IMG/VR virus record: IMGVR_UViG_3300045988_140943
DNA length: 47,256 nucleotides
Strand: one strand, 5' to 3'
Source: a virus
Shown piece after piece: positions 36,358-45,043 of the stretch (its first letter is position 1; the number at the start of each line of letters is the position of its first letter). The position numbers were made by a program, and so were the translations under genes. The notes under the pieces were generated by a model, which did no database searches, was not told the DNA's origin, and saw only the letters and a program-made list of their open reading frames with translations.

Positions 36358-36834
36358 ATGAAAACTACAAAGAAAACTATGATTGCTGAAATGCTCAACA
36401 AGGTAAACGCTAAGAAGAATGAAGAAGGTAACTTCTCAATAACAGCTGAAGCTCTTGATGAACTCAGAACACTGGTTGAAGAATCCGAGATGTTCAAGGT
36501 ATGCAAGAACAAGAAGGATGAGACTTTGTTCTCTATCTATGATAAGCCTGGCAAAACAAAGTTTGTAGTCCTTAAGCTTGTCAAGAAGACAAAGAAAACT
36601 ACAAACAAAACTACAAATGGTTTTGGAACAACCAAAGGTAAGTTTAAGTTTTACTCCATTGTTATCAAAGCCTTTGGTAGTGATGAGGTTAAGGAAATCA
36701 CTTCCCTTAATACTTGTGAACAGGTAAAGGCATTTCTTAAGCAACTCAACAAAAAGAATGTAGAATTCCTTAGAATCTACTCTGAAGGCAAAGAGGTAAG
36801 AAAATCAGCTTGGATCGAAAGAATCTCTGCATAA
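36358..36834 (+). CDS. hypothetical Lys-rich protein
   Basis: cttacggaggtaatt SD cassette; 158 aa. Confidence 0.75.
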   Translation: MKTTKKTMIAEMLNKVNAKKNEEGNFSITAEALDELRTLVEESEMFKVCKNKKDETLFSIYDKPGKTKFVVLKLVKKTKKTTNKTTNGFGTTKGKFKFYSIVIKAFGSDEVKEITSLNTCEQVKAFLKQLNKKNVEFLRIYSEGKEVRKSAWIERISA

Positions 36835-36850
36835 CAAAATTAAACACTAT

Positions 36851-36874
36851 TGGCTGGTTGAAATACACCAGCCA
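36851..36874 (+). other. RNA hairpin without a T tract (processing or stability element?)
   Basis: tggctggt/accagcca 8-bp stem directly before cattacggaggtaaac. Confidence 0.5.
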
Positions 36875-36896
36875 TCCATTACGGAGGTAAACATTC

Positions 36897-37307
36897 ATGA
36901 GACTTTGGCATAAGGATTTAATCGAATATCTTCCGAGACAGCAACTGTTAGCTCAATGGAGGGAGTGCTGTTGTATAGCACGAAACATTAAAGTAAATGG
37001 TACCCCAAACCATTTGCTAGTAAACAAAATTCTTAAATACCCCATAACTCATTTTGTAACCTATTCAATGCTGGTTGCCAATGAAATGGAACGCAGGGGT
37101 TATAAGGTAGATCTTAATAAATTCACAAAATATCTTTGTGGACCATCCTATTGGACTTTTGTGCCATATGATGATTTGTTTGCCAATTGGCACGATAAAC
37201 GCTATCTTACTCAATGCTATTATAACCTGGAAGAAAAATACGATTGTGGTGGTATTCCCAAAGATGAGTGGGAAAAGGTTGTCCAAGGTTATTACAAATA
37301 TAAATGA
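36897..37307 (+). CDS. pyrimidine-dimer DNA glycosylase-like protein (DenV/TIGR02328-type)
   Basis: MRLWHKDLIEYLPRQQLLAQWRECCCIARN...NEMERRGYKV. Confidence 0.65.
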   Translation: MRLWHKDLIEYLPRQQLLAQWRECCCIARNIKVNGTPNHLLVNKILKYPITHFVTYSMLVANEMERRGYKVDLNKFTKYLCGPSYWTFVPYDDLFANWHDKRYLTQCYYNLEEKYDCGGIPKDEWEKVVQGYYKYK

Positions 37308-37318
37308 GGTTTGATAAA

Positions 37319-38260
37319 ATGGCAAAAACAAATAAAGCTGAGATCATTAAGCTTTGTAATGAGATAAACAAAAAAGAAGGCGAAGGTTCTATTTATTCAA
37401 TTGGATCTAAACACGCCAACCTTAATATCAATCGTTGGTCAACGGGAATTGAAGACCTAGACAATATCATTGGTGGTGGTATGCCAGAGGGAAGGGTTGT
37501 TGAAATCTTTGGCCCTGAAAGCTCAGGTAAAACAACTTTGATGTATCATCTCTGTGGCCTTCACGATCTTTGTCTAGATATTCCGATTGAAGGCACATTT
37601 GACGCTGAAAGAGCAAAGGTGTTTGGAAATCGTCCAAAACAGATGCTAATATATAGAGCAAAATACGGGGAGGACGCTTTCAACAAAACAATTAAATTTG
37701 CTAAAGCTGGAATCCCCTTGATTGGCATTGACTCCGTTCCAAGTATGATTCCAAAAGATGACGCTGAGAAAGTTTTTAAATCTGTTGAGAAGGATTCCAT
37801 TGAGGAACAAAGAATTGGCGGTGTTGCTCGATTGATGAATAAATATCTTCCAGTTGCTGAAGAAATAATTGAGGTAACAGGAACTACCCTTATATTTGTC
37901 AATCAGGTAAGGGATAAAATGAACGCTTTGATGTTTGGGGAAAAAACTGATACTCCTGGTGGTAGAAAACTAAAACACGCTTGTTCCTTGCGTATTCAGG
38001 TAGCTCGAAGAGCTTGGATTGAAATTCCAAATAAAGATCCAAGAAATTCAGCTAATTCCAAAAAGATCGGAATGATAATGAAGTGTAAGGTGGTCAAATC
38101 AAAGGTTTGCAACCCGATGGGTGAATGTGAAATCCCACTGATCTTTGAAAGAGGTTTTGTTTCTTTTGATGATGTTCCAGCAATCAGAAAAGAAATGATG
38201 AAAGCCGAAGCTGCTAAGTATGGCAAAAGAATTCCAAAGGAGTTTATGGATGATGAATGA
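37319..38260 (+). CDS. recA: RecA-family recombinase
   Basis: GGGMPEGRVVEIFGPESSGKTTL, LIFVNQVRDK, FGEKTDTPGGRKLKHACSLRIQV; ATG 37319 after GAGGT. Confidence 0.85.
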   Translation: MAKTNKAEIIKLCNEINKKEGEGSIYSIGSKHANLNINRWSTGIEDLDNIIGGGMPEGRVVEIFGPESSGKTTLMYHLCGLHDLCLDIPIEGTFDAERAKVFGNRPKQMLIYRAKYGEDAFNKTIKFAKAGIPLIGIDSVPSMIPKDDAEKVFKSVEKDSIEEQRIGGVARLMNKYLPVAEEIIEVTGTTLIFVNQVRDKMNALMFGEKTDTPGGRKLKHACSLRIQVARRAWIEIPNKDPRNSANSKKIGMIMKCKVVKSKVCNPMGECEIPLIFERGFVSFDDVPAIRKEMMKAEAAKYGKRIPKEFMDDE

Positions 38261-38564
38261 TAAGTTTGAACTTTCTAGAGAATATTCTGAAGAAGCGGAT
38301 AAGATGAGAAAAAATCGGGTGGAGGTTTCTTTCCATAAATATGGGCCAGCAAGAATAAACTTTGGAGAAAGATTGGTAGATGCAATTAAATCTTCTGATT
38401 TATGTGTTGAAAAATATAATAAAACTGGTAATACAGAATACTTGCTAGATGCAATGAACTACTTGATGTTTGAATTTATGTTCCCCCAAAAAGAAGGAGC
38501 ATATTTTAAAGCAACTGATTCGAAGGAATCTGCCGGCCATGTAGGTAAAGCTTATAAAGAATAA
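38250..38564 (+). CDS. hypothetical protein (possible all-alpha NTP-pyrophosphatase-like)
   Basis: AAAGGAG SD before ATG 38250; SFHKYG...YNKTGNTEYLLDAMNYLMFEF. Confidence 0.6.
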   Translation: MMNDKFELSREYSEEADKMRKNRVEVSFHKYGPARINFGERLVDAIKSSDLCVEKYNKTGNTEYLLDAMNYLMFEFMFPQKEGAYFKATDSKESAGHVGKAYKE

Positions 38565-38589
38565 AATTAAATGAAAGAGGTAAATTAAA

Positions 38590-38808
38590 ATGAGCAAGAA
38601 GTATTTTAAATATCTTAATGAAGATGTTTCCGCAAATGATTTTTTTAAACTCTCAAACGAAAGAATCAGGAAAGATAAAAAGCTTAAGGAAGAAAGAAGG
38701 ATGTTGCTGTTTTGTAAGCTGTCTACAATCTTGTGTATTATGATGGCAGCATTTCTTTTGGTTTGTATGCTTCTTGGCTTTTTGGATATTTTAAGAATGC
38801 TTCCTTGA
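38590..38808 (+). CDS. small membrane protein
   Basis: AAGAGGT SD; C-terminal TM LSTILCIMMAAFLLVCMLLGFL. Confidence 0.6.
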   Translation: MSKKYFKYLNEDVSANDFFKLSNERIRKDKKLKEERRMLLFCKLSTILCIMMAAFLLVCMLLGFLDILRMLP

Positions 38809-38818
38809 GGAGAGTGCA

Positions 38819-39292
38819 ATGGAAAGAATCAGTAAAAGAAAATATTATTTGAATATTGCAAGAGCAGTATCAAAAAGAAGCAGTTGTTTAAAACGCAGAT
38901 ATGGCTGTATCATTGTTAAGAATGATGAGATAATTGCAACAGGCTACAATGGTTCCCCAAGAGGTGTAGAAAATTGTTGTGATAAAGGAAAATGTCCTAG
39001 GTTCTCTAAACCACACAATTCTGGAGATTATTCAGATTGTCCTTCTGTCCATGCTGAACAAAATGCAATGTTATCTGCTAGTCGTAAAGATATGATTGGC
39101 GCTACAATGTATTTGGCAGGCGATGAGATAAATTCTTCAGACCCATCTAATTCTTACCCCTGTTGGATTCAGTTGGTTAAATGCGAACCTTGCCCAATAT
39201 GTGCAAGAATGATTCTCAATGCTGGAATCTCTGAGGTAGTTACATTATATGATACATATACAAGAGATGATATAGCCAAGAGATTAATCTAA
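38819..39292 (+). CDS. dCMP (deoxycytidylate) deaminase
   Basis: HAEQNAM and PCPICARMILNAGI zinc-binding motifs; RSSCLKRRYGCIIV. Confidence 0.9.
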   Translation: MERISKRKYYLNIARAVSKRSSCLKRRYGCIIVKNDEIIATGYNGSPRGVENCCDKGKCPRFSKPHNSGDYSDCPSVHAEQNAMLSASRKDMIGATMYLAGDEINSSDPSNSYPCWIQLVKCEPCPICARMILNAGISEVVTLYDTYTRDDIAKRLI

Positions 39293-39303
39293 AGAAGGTT
39301 TAC

Positions 39304-39843
39304 ATGAAGATAGCAAAGAAAACAAGATTTGTTCCTTATAATGGAATACATAAAGACGACGAATATGAAACCCCTAAACAGGCTGTTGAAATAATAGCCC
39401 AATATATCCCCAAAGATGCTATTATATGGTGCCCATTTGATTTGCCTAAAAGTAATTTTGTAAAAGTTTTTGAAGAACGTGGTAATACTGTATACCATAG
39501 TCATATATGTCAAGGCAAAGATTTTCTTAAAGGCAAGATAAATAAAAAGATAGATTATATCATAAGTAATCCTCCTTATAGTTGTAAAGATTTAATCTAT
39601 GAACGTTTGATTGATTTGGATATACCTTTTGCTATGTTGGTAAATATGCAAGGTATATTTGATTCAAAAAAAAGAGTTGAATTATTTAAGGATAAAAATA
39701 TTCAGCTTCTATATATTTATCCACGAATATGCTACATAAAAGATGGAATACAAACAAAAAGCAATATATTCCAATCTGGATATATTTGTTATAAAGTGCT
39801 TCCTAAGAATTTAATCATATATAATAGTGAGAAAGGTAAATAA
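39304..39843 (+). CDS. putative N6-adenine methyltransferase (NPPY)
   Basis: EYETPKQAV...IWCPFD...IDYIISNPPYS. Confidence 0.5.
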   Translation: MKIAKKTRFVPYNGIHKDDEYETPKQAVEIIAQYIPKDAIIWCPFDLPKSNFVKVFEERGNTVYHSHICQGKDFLKGKINKKIDYIISNPPYSCKDLIYERLIDLDIPFAMLVNMQGIFDSKKRVELFKDKNIQLLYIYPRICYIKDGIQTKSNIFQSGYICYKVLPKNLIIYNSEKGK

Positions 39844-39846
39844 TAA

Positions 39847-40695
39847 ATGACCCTAATAGAAAATATTCGTACCCAAGCTTTTCCAAATAATAAAGGACCA
39901 AAAACAATTAATGAAATGCAATTGGAAAAGATCTTCAACAGAATGTTTTATCTTGATAAGAATATTGAAGAAGAAACAAAGTTTGTAAAGCAGGTAATGA
40001 CAAGAGGTGCTGAAACCCAAGAAAGAGTTGGACTTCACGCTTCCGCAATGATTGTTTCAGATAATGCTTTTTGTATTCGTCAACAGGTTTTAAGTTTGAT
40101 TTATAAACAACTCCAGGGCGAACAAATAAACGTAAGCTTGAAGAGAATCTTTGAAGAAGGCAATGCGATCCACGAGAAGTGGCAAAGATTATTTATAAGA
40201 GCTGGATATGGAAAAGCTGAAGATATGGATTTTACTCGTATGTGTAAGGAATATGAACTTAGCTTTACGCCAGATGCTATAATTGATATCCCGGAATTTG
40301 GAAAGATGGTTGTTGAAATCAAATCAGTTAATACATTCCAGTTTAAGAAAATGACTGGCCATTCTAGTGGTGAAAAGCAATTACAATTTTATATGAATAG
40401 AACTGGAATCCATCAAGGCATTGTTCTCTGTGATGATAAAAATACCCAGGATTTTAAAATATTTTATAAGAAATATGATCCAAACATAGTTGCCCCATTT
40501 ATTGAACGTTGTGAGCAAGTTCAGTATTTTAAACAAAAGCTTTTGGATGAGCACAAAATTGTAAGGCGTTGTGAAGGTTGTAATTCATATACTTGTAAGA
40601 GGGCTGAAAGTTGTCCAATGAAAGATGCCTGTTACAATCGAGGAATGGGTAAAGTTTTAAATAACAAGTATTCAAAAATTCTTGGAAGAGATTGA
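39847..40695 (+). CDS. Cas4/RecB-like PD-(D/E)XK exonuclease with Cys cluster
   Basis: EEGNAIHE, PDAIID, VVEIKS, QLQFY; N-terminal CIRQ plus C-terminal CEGCNSYTCKRAESCPMKDAC. Confidence 0.65.
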   Translation: MTLIENIRTQAFPNNKGPKTINEMQLEKIFNRMFYLDKNIEEETKFVKQVMTRGAETQERVGLHASAMIVSDNAFCIRQQVLSLIYKQLQGEQINVSLKRIFEEGNAIHEKWQRLFIRAGYGKAEDMDFTRMCKEYELSFTPDAIIDIPEFGKMVVEIKSVNTFQFKKMTGHSSGEKQLQFYMNRTGIHQGIVLCDDKNTQDFKIFYKKYDPNIVAPFIERCEQVQYFKQKLLDEHKIVRRCEGCNSYTCKRAESCPMKDACYNRGMGKVLNNKYSKILGRD

Positions 40696-40709
40696 GGGAG
40701 AAATTTAAA

Positions 40710-40931
40710 ATGACGTTTAAGGAATTTGTTCAGTTTATGGCCAGTGATGAGGTGAAGGAAAATATTACTTCAATTGAATTAATAGCTTTCCGAATGAACT
40801 TTGAAGTTTTTAAATATATTGCCTCAGATGAAGTCAGGGAAAGAGTTTGGCAGGAACGGTACAAAGAAAAGACTATGCAAGATCTGGTAATTCCTATAAA
40901 GAAAAGATTGGAGCTTAAATCAAATGGATAA
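40710..40931 (+). CDS. hypothetical protein
   Basis: ATG 40710 after GAGGGAG. Confidence 0.6.
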   Translation: MTFKEFVQFMASDEVKENITSIELIAFRMNFEVFKYIASDEVRERVWQERYKEKTMQDLVIPIKKRLELKSNG

Positions 40932-41319
40932 GAAATATGATTGTTCAAAAGTTATTGATTATGTACATGAAATGAAAAGAATGTGTAATCTGTATTCTGA
41001 TCATTGTGATGGTAAATGTCCTTTGGCAAATTATCCTGATTGTAGATATACAGATGAGCTTACTGAGAAGCACATTGAAGCAGTTCAAAAATGGTCTGAT
41101 GAACACCCCGAGAAGCCTGAAAAGGTTGAAGTAACCAAAAGGGATGATGAGGGGCTAATGACTGCAATGGTTACTAAAATATGTGATTATGCTGTCAATA
41201 ATAATCTCAGTCCTAATGAATCCCTTAAGATTGTTTCAGAAAATATTTTAGCTCTCTTGGAAATTGCTTCGTTTGATAACTGGGAAGGTAAGAATTCAAA
41301 TGACTCACCAAATTCGTAA
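40924..41319 (+). CDS. hypothetical Cys-containing protein
   Basis: 131-aa ORF; CNLYSDHCDGKCPLANYPDC. Confidence 0.65.
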   Translation: MDKKYDCSKVIDYVHEMKRMCNLYSDHCDGKCPLANYPDCRYTDELTEKHIEAVQKWSDEHPEKPEKVEVTKRDDEGLMTAMVTKICDYAVNNNLSPNESLKIVSENILALLEIASFDNWEGKNSNDSPNS

Positions 41320-41923
41320 AATTGTGATTGGCATTGACCAATCATATAAAAATACCGGTATTTCAGTTTCAGCCGATGGTAAAATAAAAAATATATCAAA
41401 TCTCAGATTAGACTGTTTTGATAACAATTCCGAAAGAAGACAAAAGCTTAAAGATAAGCTTGATAAGGTGTTTGAAAAATATTTTTTATTAGCAGATAAT
41501 TGTGGGGCTGAATTGATAGTTATAATCGAAAGAATTCGTTTAAGATCAGAGGGTTTTCTCAATATTGATTACATAAAATCCATTGGTGCTCTTAACTCGA
41601 TTGTTATTGATTGTGCATATAAATTTGGCATTCCAGTTTATTCTGCTGATACAAGGGCTTGGAAATCCCAAATTATTGGTACTTCAAAACCCCAAAACAA
41701 TCCATACGGCATTGACCCAAAAAAATGGCCAACAATCAAATGGCTAATATCACAAGGTTTTGAAAATAAACTCATTCGTCCCGTTAATGGTAGGAAAAAG
41801 AAAGCTGTGATTGAAAGGCAAGGTAAAAGATTTACCTATGACGACGACGCCGCCGACTCGGCCTGTATATCATTATATGGTTTTATTCCATTAACGCAAC
41901 AAAAACTCAATAAGGAGAAATGA
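41300..41923 (+). CDS. RuvC-like Holliday junction resolvase
   Basis: IVIGIDQSYKNTGISV, LIVIIERIR, DDDAADSACISLYG. Confidence 0.7.
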   Translation: MTHQIRKIVIGIDQSYKNTGISVSADGKIKNISNLRLDCFDNNSERRQKLKDKLDKVFEKYFLLADNCGAELIVIIERIRLRSEGFLNIDYIKSIGALNSIVIDCAYKFGIPVYSADTRAWKSQIIGTSKPQNNPYGIDPKKWPTIKWLISQGFENKLIRPVNGRKKKAVIERQGKRFTYDDDAADSACISLYGFIPLTQQKLNKEK

Positions 41924-41925
41924 TA

Positions 41926-42117
41926 ATGGCTATCAAGAATCCCTGTTATCAATGTGAAGAAAGAAAATTAAATTGCCACTCCTCTTGTGAATTATATAAA
42001 GAGTTTAAAGTAGAAGTTGACAAAAAAAGAAAATTTTTAAATGATTGGCAGCAAGCTGATTCTGATAGTATATTTCGTTTAAAAAGAATAAATGCCTACA
42101 ACAAACGCAGAAAATAA
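41926..42117 (+). CDS. small Cys-rich (zinc-binding?) protein
   Basis: AAGGAG SD; CYQCEERKLNCHSSC. Confidence 0.6.
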   Translation: MAIKNPCYQCEERKLNCHSSCELYKEFKVEVDKKRKFLNDWQQADSDSIFRLKRINAYNKRRK

Positions 42118-42130
42118 ATTATTAATTTTT

Positions 42131-42181
42131 TGTAAATTACTCCAAATCCCTATTGACAAATCAAAAGACTTGTGTTATAAT
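42131..42181 (+). promoter_or_regulatory. promoter cassette P9
   Basis: TGTAAATT at 42131, TTGACA 42153..42158, 17-nt spacer, TGtTATAAT ending at 42181. Confidence 0.8.
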
Positions 42182-42243
42182 AATATTAAATTAATAAATA
42201 ACATTTGTTTATTATAACCTACCAAAAGAAGGTTAAATAAAAT

Positions 42244-42576
42244 TTGAAATTTAAAAATCCATATTGGAATATAACAACTAAAATCCAAATGTTAGAGAAC
42301 TGGTTATTAGTTCACTGTTATTTATACTATGTACTTGGTATTTCAGTTGTAGATGATTACACATACGACTGTAATTCTCAACAATTAGCTAGATTGTTAA
42401 ATAAATATCCTGAAGAATCAGAAAAGACAATTTATGCTTATGTATTCTATGATTTTGATCCAAGTACTGGTTATGATTTGTACTCAAGGTTATTACCCAA
42501 AGAACAAGAAATAATAACAATGACTGGTGATAGAATAAAGATGTTAGTTGACCAAGGAGAAATTGAAAAGAAGTAA
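42244..42576 (+). CDS. hypothetical protein resembling the N-terminal Ia helix pair of NAD-dependent DNA ligase
   Basis: WLLVHCYLYYVLGISVVDDYTYDCNSQQLARLLNKYPEE; start uncertain (TTG 42244 or ATG 42289). Confidence 0.5.
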   Translation: MKFKNPYWNITTKIQMLENWLLVHCYLYYVLGISVVDDYTYDCNSQQLARLLNKYPEESEKTIYAYVFYDFDPSTGYDLYSRLLPKEQEIITMTGDRIKMLVDQGEIEKK

Positions 42577-42585
42577 GGTGAATAT

Positions 42586-42990
42586 ATGTCCCGAGTGTAT
42601 GAAACCTTTACTAATCAAAAACAATGGAAAGAATATATCCAAGATCTACTGGATAAAAATCCTAATGCTTTATATAAAGCCGTATTGGTTGTGTATAATA
42701 ATCAAACATACGAGGAGAGACAATCAGGTGTAACAATATCGGAGAATAACAAAGGATTCTCAAAAATTGATTGTGTATTTCTTACCCATATTGCTCATAA
42801 GATAAAACGAAGGCAAAATTTAACCGCAAAAGAATTTTATCAAACAAGGGCAAAAATGAAGAAATATTGGAAACAATTGATGATAGAATCTAAAAGAAAC
42901 CTGATAAGGAAAGAGGAAATTGAAAAAGCTAAAAAGGTTAAATCCTATTTTGCCTTTGATTATGATGGACAATTAATGTTCATATTATGA
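42586..42990 (+). CDS. hypothetical protein
   Basis: AAGGTGA SD; 134 aa. Confidence 0.7.
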   Translation: MSRVYETFTNQKQWKEYIQDLLDKNPNALYKAVLVVYNNQTYEERQSGVTISENNKGFSKIDCVFLTHIAHKIKRRQNLTAKEFYQTRAKMKKYWKQLMIESKRNLIRKEEIEKAKKVKSYFAFDYDGQLMFIL

Positions 42991-42999
42991 GAGGTAACA

Positions 43000-43467
43000 A
43001 TGCAAAAAAGAACGTTTAAATTTTACCGAAAGAATGAAGCTGAGGTAATGGAATCCTTGGGTTTAAAACCTACTTTGAATTCTGGTTCAACTTGGATTGA
43101 AAAAGAGGATGGTCAAAACGACTATATTATTTGTCAACTTAAAAGCACAGATGCTCAAAGTATAAAGGTTAATCAAAAGGATATAAGAACTTTAGAAAAG
43201 AATGCTTTGACTGCTCATAAAATTCCGATGTTTGCAATTCAGTTTTTGAATACAAATGAGGTTTGGTTGATGATAAAACCCATTGATGTGGAAGATGTAG
43301 CTCAGTACATTGAAACAGGTAAATGTAAAAAGCAAAATCAAGAATTGGATCTTGATGATGTAAAACCAAAAACTATAAAAAATAAAATCAAATCTAGTGA
43401 AAATGCTAGAAATGAATTTTATAAACAAAAAGAAGAAAAATACAGAAAGGAAAGAAAAGCATGGTAA
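43000..43467 (+). CDS. PD-(D/E)XK nuclease-like protein (Hjc/RecU-type resolvase candidate)
   Basis: NEAEVMESLG..LNSGSTW..EDGQNDYIICQLKST...HKIPMFAIQF. Confidence 0.45.
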   Translation: MQKRTFKFYRKNEAEVMESLGLKPTLNSGSTWIEKEDGQNDYIICQLKSTDAQSIKVNQKDIRTLEKNALTAHKIPMFAIQFLNTNEVWLMIKPIDVEDVAQYIETGKCKKQNQELDLDDVKPKTIKNKIKSSENARNEFYKQKEEKYRKERKAW

Positions 43468-43850
43468 ACAAATACAGATTTGCTCTTAAGTGTGTAGCCC
43501 ACTACAATGGCCACAGCCTCAAGAAGAATGGCAATATTGATCTTTCAATTACCTGTGATTATTCAGAGTTATCTAATTACATTCAGTTGATTCAGGCATT
43601 AAATAATGATGTTGTTATTGTGGCTAAACTCCCTGAGGAAAAACCATTTAAGCTTGGTATGTTCCGCATTAAATCAATCACAGTTGATGGTGATGGCGAG
43701 GGTATCATTAAGTTTAATAGTATTACTGATTATGTTGAAACAGATAATGTTAATAAGCTTATTGGTTCAGAAAGATTCGTTGCTAAATTTACTTCAATGA
43801 TTGAGGTTGAGGAAGGAGGCAATGAAGATGAAGTTCAAACAGAGGAATAA
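43461..43850 (+). CDS. hypothetical protein
   Basis: ATGGTAA overlap with the upstream gene; 129 aa. Confidence 0.65.
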   Translation: MVNKYRFALKCVAHYNGHSLKKNGNIDLSITCDYSELSNYIQLIQALNNDVVIVAKLPEEKPFKLGMFRIKSITVDGDGEGIIKFNSITDYVETDNVNKLIGSERFVAKFTSMIEVEEGGNEDEVQTEE

Positions 43851-44091
43851 TTACGAGGAATTAGCTTCCCTGAAAATCAGCAAATCAAGACAGTTGGTAA
43901 TTTCTTCCGTTCCAGGTAAAGGATTTACAATGGCCCAGCAATTATTTGTTGAGGAATCTGGAAGAAACACTACTGTATTTCTTAAGGGCGCAATTCATAT
44001 TGAGTCAATTGATTCCCTTAAGGAATTGAGAGATGCTCTTAATGTAGCGATACATAAGGCTGAGGAAGATGCAAGCAATTGGGATGGATAA
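43822..44091 (+). CDS. hypothetical protein
   Basis: GGAAGGAGG SD before ATG 43822. Confidence 0.65.
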   Translation: MKMKFKQRNNYEELASLKISKSRQLVISSVPGKGFTMAQQLFVEESGRNTTVFLKGAIHIESIDSLKELRDALNVAIHKAEEDASNWDG

Positions 44092-44106
44092 ATTCTATTA
44101 AATTTT

Positions 44107-44157
44107 TGTAAACATTCCTCAAACCCTATTTACAAACAATAATTTTTGTGTTATAAT
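44107..44157 (+). promoter_or_regulatory. promoter cassette P10
   Basis: TGTAAACA at 44107, TTTACA 44129..44134, 17-nt spacer, TGtTATAAT ending at 44157; about 97 nt from the end of the -10 to the ATG. Confidence 0.8.
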
Positions 44158-44254
44158 ATAATCATAATCAATAAACCAAATAAATAAATTACTGATGTGA
44201 ATTTGGTTGACACGGTTAAAACAAAATCTAATTATTAAAAAGGAGAAATTTATT

Positions 44255-44938
44255 ATGGCAAAGAATTGGACAATGGCAGAAGCAATGAAGGTAATCTCAG
44301 CAGCAGACCTTAACTCAGAGGAGATTGCAGATCTTTATAAGAGATTCCCAAATGTGGCAAGACTTATGACGGCTATTGCTTCCGGTGACACAATGGCAGC
44401 TAAGATGCTTATTCATTTCCTTCCTGAATGGGCAACTGTTGGTAAGCTTGAGAAGGCTATCAAGAATGCAGGTGAAGCTGACGACAATGCAGAAGATGAT
44501 GTTACTTCCGGCGATGAGGAAGTTGAGGAAGAGACTGAGGAGGAGGAAGCTCCTAAGCCAAAGAAGAAGGCAAGAAAGTCAAAGAAGGCTGCCAAGGTTG
44601 AGGAACCAGAGGACGAGGAAAACGACGATTCTGATGAGGAAGATTCCGAAACAACTGATTATGAGTCAATGACTGCTCAGGAACTCTTCAAGCTTTGCAA
44701 GGAGAAGGGTATTGCTGTAAAGCCAAAGAGAAGTGTTAAGTCCTATATTGAGAAGCTGAAGGCTGCTGAGGATGTACAGGACAACGATTCTGATTCTGAC
44801 GATTGGACAGACGATGAGGTTGAGGAAACACCAAAGGCAAAGAAGGCTGTTAAGCCTGCTGCTGAAAAGGCTGCTCCAAAGAAGGCAAAGAAGGCTGCTA
44901 AGGTTGAAGACGACGACGATGAAGATTGGGATATTTAA
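44255..44938 (+). CDS. highly acidic/Lys-rich protein with an HeH (SAP/Rho_N-like) motif and a DDW-type acidic tail
   Basis: AAAGGAG SD before ATG 44255; YESMTAQELFKLCKEKGIAVKPKRSVKSYIEKL; tail EDDDDEDWDI. Confidence 0.75.
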   Translation: MAKNWTMAEAMKVISAADLNSEEIADLYKRFPNVARLMTAIASGDTMAAKMLIHFLPEWATVGKLEKAIKNAGEADDNAEDDVTSGDEEVEEETEEEEAPKPKKKARKSKKAAKVEEPEDEENDDSDEEDSETTDYESMTAQELFKLCKEKGIAVKPKRSVKSYIEKLKAAEDVQDNDSDSDDWTDDEVEETPKAKKAVKPAAEKAAPKKAKKAAKVEDDDDEDWDI

Positions 44939-44983
44939 TTAAATAAACCACTCCATTTTTAAACTTCCTATATATTTTACTAA

Positions 44984-45013
44984 AGGCCGGCTTGGTTGAT
45001 CTAGGCCGGTCCT
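44984..45013 (+). other. GC-rich hairpin after the acidic-protein gene (no T tract)
   Basis: aggccgg ... ccggtcct pairing with one bulge; a local GC island in AT-rich DNA. Confidence 0.4.
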
Positions 45014-45043
45014 ATTAGTAAATAAGGAAATGAGGTAATCAAA

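Noticed and set aside
44207-44235. Second promoter inside the long P10 leader (TTGACA at 44207)
   Set aside because: The hexamer 17 nt downstream is AATTAT with no TG extension, which is much weaker than the cassette promoters.
2107-44672. Alternative-frame + strand ORFs nested in larger genes (2107..2313, 7186..7428, 7945..8139, 8350..8805, 8967..9158, 10905..11105, 17409..17633, 17885..18088, 18349..18552, 18568..18852, 22562..22852, 23813..24001, 28960..29208, 31511..31708, 33923..34120, 34838..35020, 42548..42733, 43606..43800, 44376..44672)
   Set aside because: They have no ribosome sites, lie fully inside genes with recognisable motifs, and their translations look like frame-shifted noise.
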